DNA of 64,000 nucleotides from Candidatus Aceula lacicola (GTDB lineage: Bacteria; Omnitrophota; Gorgyraeia; Zapsychrales; Aceulaceae). The stretch covers positions 3,629 through 67,628 of the forward strand of contig JAVCCC010000050.1 in NCBI GenBank assembly GCA_030765785.1. Direction: 5' to 3'. Positions 60,894-64,000 of this stretch are shown here, one piece after another; within the stretch, counting starts at the first letter, position 1; every line of letters begins with the position of its first letter. Made by a program: the position numbers and the translations under genes. The notes under the pieces are model-generated. The model had not been told where the DNA came from, did no database searches, and was given only the letters and a program-made list of their open reading frames with translations.

Positions 60894-61100
60894 CTAGCTT
60901 TCTGCCAAATCTTTTTTAGATTCTCGAGTCAACAATACTGGAATTCCATTATCGACTAAAAACTTATGCTGACACAAAATACAAACAATTTTTTCTTCTT
61001 CTAATGCAAGCTTACCCTGGCACGCAGGACAAACCAGAATTTCTAGCAACTTTTGATCAATCACCTTTTTCGACTTCTTTCTTAGGCGTTGTTTTGTCAA
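60894..61100 (-). CDS. Trm112-family protein
   Basis: 68 aa with LLEILVCPAC...LVC..C. Confidence 0.8.
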   Translation of the reverse strand: MTKQRLRKKSKKVIDQKLLEILVCPACQGKLALEEEKIVCILCQHKFLVDNGIPVLLTRESKKDLAES

Positions 61101-61395
61101 TATATTTCATTTGAAGCTCATAGATCGAAGTGCTGAGAAGATTTTCTTCTTGAGCCTCTAAATTTCCCTTTGTTTTATCTCGCAACATAGATAGGGTGTC
61201 AATAATAAGCTTGGCCTGAAGAAGATTTTCTTCCTTCTTTTTGGTTACAGGACTCTCGATTTCTCCTAAAAATACCATAACCTGAAACCCTAAGCTCGCA
61301 ACATATGCTAAAAAATCTACCTGAGGCTGATCACTTGTCTTTTGATTATTTTCCATAAATTGTAGAATAACACTGGTTATATCCGTTGTCAACAA
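61057..61395 (-). CDS. DUF1844-like protein
   Basis: 112 aa with the pattern FLAYVASLGFQVMVFLGE...LIIDTLSMLRDKTKGNL. Confidence 0.45.
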   Translation of the reverse strand: MLTTDITSVILQFMENNQKTSDQPQVDFLAYVASLGFQVMVFLGEIESPVTKKKEENLLQAKLIIDTLSMLRDKTKGNLEAQEENLLSTSIYELQMKYIDKTTPKKEVEKGD

Positions 61396-61412
61396 ACGAA
61401 GTAACGGAAAAC

Positions 61413-62078
61413 TTATTCAACTTCAAAAGAAATAACAACATTGAACGAAAGTTCTGGATATTTCAATCCTTCCGGAAAAGGAGGAAACGGACTAGCTTGC
61501 TCAACGCTTCGAATACTAATGCGACGAAGATATTGATTGGCATTCGTTCGCTCTTCAATAATTTTGATATCTTTTAAACCGCCGTCATCTTCAATAATAA
61601 AAGTAACATAAACCTCTCCCGCATCAAACTGTTCGTAATTCTGATATGCCTTTTCCCGAATACGACTTCGAATATCTTGATAATACTTTGTATACAGAGG
61701 ATTTTTGATTCTTTTTGGCTCAATCTCCGGAACAGAGACCTTACGCTTCGCCTTATCTGACCTTACAATCTTTGGCTTGACATTGCGATGAATCAAGTCA
61801 TCAGCGAGTTTTGTCATATCCTTCATGAAAGATGACAAATTTAATTTCTGCTCAGTTAGCTCCTGCGTGGTTTTCTCAAGATTAATTTTCATATCACGCG
61901 TGCGTTGATCTTCTTGAGCAACCACCTTATTTTGAACGGTCATCTTTGGATAGACAACTTCAATTCTGTTGATTGGATTCGTCTGAAAATGAATATTGGA
62001 ATAAGACATCCTTGCTAAGATACCAATATGAATAATCAAAGAGATGGCAATGGCATATTTAAATATCTTATCTTCCAT
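61413..62078 (-). CDS. TonB-family energy transducer (C-terminal TonB domain)
   Basis: N-terminal TM anchor, a charged linker and a C-terminal TonB fold (VYVTFIIEDDG...SFNVVISFEV). Confidence 0.65.
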   Translation of the reverse strand: MEDKIFKYAIAISLIIHIGILARMSYSNIHFQTNPINRIEVVYPKMTVQNKVVAQEDQRTRDMKINLEKTTQELTEQKLNLSSFMKDMTKLADDLIHRNVKPKIVRSDKAKRKVSVPEIEPKRIKNPLYTKYYQDIRSRIREKAYQNYEQFDAGEVYVTFIIEDDGGLKDIKIIEERTNANQYLRRISIRSVEQASPFPPFPEGLKYPELSFNVVISFEVE

Positions 62079-62100
62079 AAGATGCTAACTCGTACTTTAG

Positions 62101-62772
62101 TTATTTTCGTGAACACCAAACTTGTTTTATAATAAAAACAAAAAAACGAATTGTATCAATGAAGGGATTGACCTTGCTCAGTTCATTTCGATAAATACTT
62201 TGAATAGGAATTGAATGAACCTTAAACCCTTTACGGCTTGCTTTAATCAAAACCTCAGTTTCAATCTCAAAATCCGACGACGAAAGCTTAATAGCCTTTA
62301 GAATAGTTGTACTTATATAACGAAATCCACATTGTGAATCTGGAATTTGTTGCCGGCATATTCCAGATATCATTGACGACATCGATCGATTTGTTAGACG
62401 TCGAATCAAAGGCATGTTATCGCAATTCTTCATCCGACTTCCTGAAACAATGCTTTCCGGGCTCTGGCTTGCTATTTGAAGAAAACTATCAATCTCACAA
62501 ACCGCATGCTGTCCGTCTCCGTCCATTGTAATAACGCCATCATGCCCATTGTCAACAGCATAATTAAATCCATCGCGCAGGGAAACACCTTTGCCAAGAT
62601 TTTCATCATGACGAACAACAACTGCTCCTTTTTCTTCGGCGCACTGCCCAGAACCATCAGTCGATCCATCGTCCACGACAACAACGTCTAAATTCTTATC
62701 ACGAATTTCTTGAACTAACTGACCAATCGTTCTTGCCTCGTCATAAACTGGAATGACAATACAAATTTTCAT
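62101..62772 (-). CDS. family 2 glycosyltransferase (polyprenyl-phosphate sugar transferase-like)
   Basis: MKICIVIPVYDE...VVVVDDGSTDGS...DGDGQH motifs. The likely start is MKIC at ~62772. Confidence 0.85.
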   Translation of the reverse strand: MKICIVIPVYDEARTIGQLVQEIRDKNLDVVVVDDGSTDGSGQCAEEKGAVVVRHDENLGKGVSLRDGFNYAVDNGHDGVITMDGDGQHAVCEIDSFLQIASQSPESIVSGSRMKNCDNMPLIRRLTNRSMSSMISGICRQQIPDSQCGFRYISTTILKAIKLSSSDFEIETEVLIKASRKGFKVHSIPIQSIYRNELSKVNPFIDTIRFFVFIIKQVWCSRK

Positions 62773-63623
62773 TCGACCCAAAACCTCTGAAACATAAACC
62801 ACTGCATTGGATATTGCTTTACTTTGTCCTCGATAACAGAAACATATTTCTTAATCATATCTATCTGGTCTTCTTTAGAATGTTCTTTTTCAGGTGGGAA
62901 AATGGCCTCTTCAAAAATTAACGTAAAAAGATCATCTTTTTCCCTGATTAAAAACACCGGAACAATTGGTGCCCCTGTTTTTAAAGAAAAGGCTGCTGGA
63001 CCTCTTGGAAAGATTGTCTTTTTACCGAAGAAATCAACGACCTCTCCACTTGAATTAAAATCACGATCCGCTAAAAGCGCAACTAATCGATTCTGCTTTA
63101 ATCCTTTAATGCATTCTCGGATTGCGACATTATTAGGGACAATGGTCATTCCCTCCGCTGTGCGCTGTGCATTAAACAACTCATTGACTGATCTTTCTTT
63201 GTGAGGCAACGCAACCGCAATCGGAGGATAACCTAACTTGCTAATCACGCATCCACCTAGTTCCCAGTTACCCATATGAGCCGTTACGATAATCGCGCCT
63301 TTTTGTTTTTTCAAAACTTCTGTTAAGCACTCCATGTTCTTGACTGTAACATGCTCGCGAATATACTCATCACTTAAACTTCCTTGAACTTTAAAAAAAT
63401 CGACGAGATATTTTCCAAAATTACGAAAAACCTCTCTCGCCGAATACGACAACTGCTCTTCAGGCGGAAGAATCAATTTTAAATTATTTTTAACAATACG
63501 ACGATCTCGAGGACAGAAGTAATAATGAACATCAGACATAAACATCGCAATTTTGTATGACAATGCAATCGGGAGACGCCCGACACAAAATTGACCAAAT
63601 TTAAAAAGATAGTATTGTAACAT
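62769..63623 (-). CDS. lysophospholipid/lipid A acyltransferase (LpxL/HtrB-family LPLAT)
   Basis: HMGNWE acyltransferase motif; 284 aa. Confidence 0.8.
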   Translation of the reverse strand: MLQYYLFKFGQFCVGRLPIALSYKIAMFMSDVHYYFCPRDRRIVKNNLKLILPPEEQLSYSAREVFRNFGKYLVDFFKVQGSLSDEYIREHVTVKNMECLTEVLKKQKGAIIVTAHMGNWELGGCVISKLGYPPIAVALPHKERSVNELFNAQRTAEGMTIVPNNVAIRECIKGLKQNRLVALLADRDFNSSGEVVDFFGKKTIFPRGPAAFSLKTGAPIVPVFLIREKDDLFTLIFEEAIFPPEKEHSKEDQIDMIKKYVSVIEDKVKQYPMQWFMFQRFWVE

Positions 63624-64000
63624 TATTTTAAAACAAGTTTTGCGATATTAAGGGCTGAGTGAACATTGCTATGCTTAAGCGCCGCTTTGCTCATTGATTT
63701 AATTTTCTCTGGATTATCCAAAAGTTCTCTTATCTTTATGCCAACTTCATCTACGTCATCAACCTCAACAGCAATGCCTTTTTCTAAAAGAAGCTTTGTA
63801 TTTCTAGCTTCTTGCCCTGGGATAGGATCAACGACAACCATTGGCATTCCCTTGGCAAGGGACTCGGCTGTTGTCATTCCGCCAGGCTTGGTAACAATTA
63901 ACGTTGAGATATCCATTAGTTCGTTCACATTATCGATATAAGGAAAGATTTTTATTTTTTGCTTGTTTGGAAAACGAATTCTTTTAAGCATCTTTAAAAC
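63623..64000 (-). CDS. GT28-family glycosyltransferase C-terminal part (MGDG synthase/UgtP/MurG-like), 5' end outside window
   Basis: LIVTKPGGMTTAESLAKGMPMVVVDPIPGQEARNTKLL signature. The ORF runs off the window edge. Confidence 0.7.
   Translation of the reverse strand, partial: VLKMLKRIRFPNKQKIKIFPYIDNVNELMDISTLIVTKPGGMTTAESLAKGMPMVVVDPIPGQEARNTKLLLEKGIAVEVDDVDEVGIKIRELLDNPEKIKSMSKAALKHSNVHSALNIAKLVLK

Overview
This is a gene-dense 64 kb stretch of low-GC (roughly mid-30s %) bacterial chromosome, with almost every gene on the minus strand. The AT-rich, compact, overlap-prone gene organisation suggests an uncultivated anaerobic lineage, but I cannot place it taxonomically from sequence alone.

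Most of the window is housekeeping: apt, a sigma-70-family factor, ppdK, glyQS, panB, nfnAB, tatD, dtd, the recO-ybeY-pgpH-phoH block, aspS, hisS, hup, dnaE, guaA with a CBS-less guaB-like gene, groESL with a CIRCE operator, coaX, uvrB, aroB, dgt, pfk, and the aroQ-pepP-efp-accB-accC-asp23-amaP block.

Interspersed are lineage-specific or unusual elements:
- An HTH-less LacI-type ligand-binding protein translationally coupled to the sigma factor.
- A full-length archaeal-type Hel308 helicase.
- A 1067-aa fused MFS-spermidine synthase-TPR membrane protein.
- A TMTC/PMT-like GT-C glycosyltransferase with TPR repeats.
- c-di-GMP signalling parts: three PilZ proteins and a GAF-HD-GYP protein.
- A PilZ / zinc-ribbon / PilZ trio divergent from a GspA/GspB-like pair.
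- A tightly overlapping dGTPase-HIT-YfcE-AAA(DUF234) operon next to a tRNA-Gly(CCC).
- A standalone heptose adenylyltransferase plus gmhA beside a PFK with atypical active-site motifs.
- A GAD-less bacterial-type AspRS.

I saw no CRISPR array, no integrase or transposase, and no rRNA. The best candidates for an undescribed system are the sigma/LacI-LBD pair, the nucleotide-hydrolase/ATPase operon, and the PilZ-GspAB locus. All functional proposals are inference from motifs and gene context; no searches were run.
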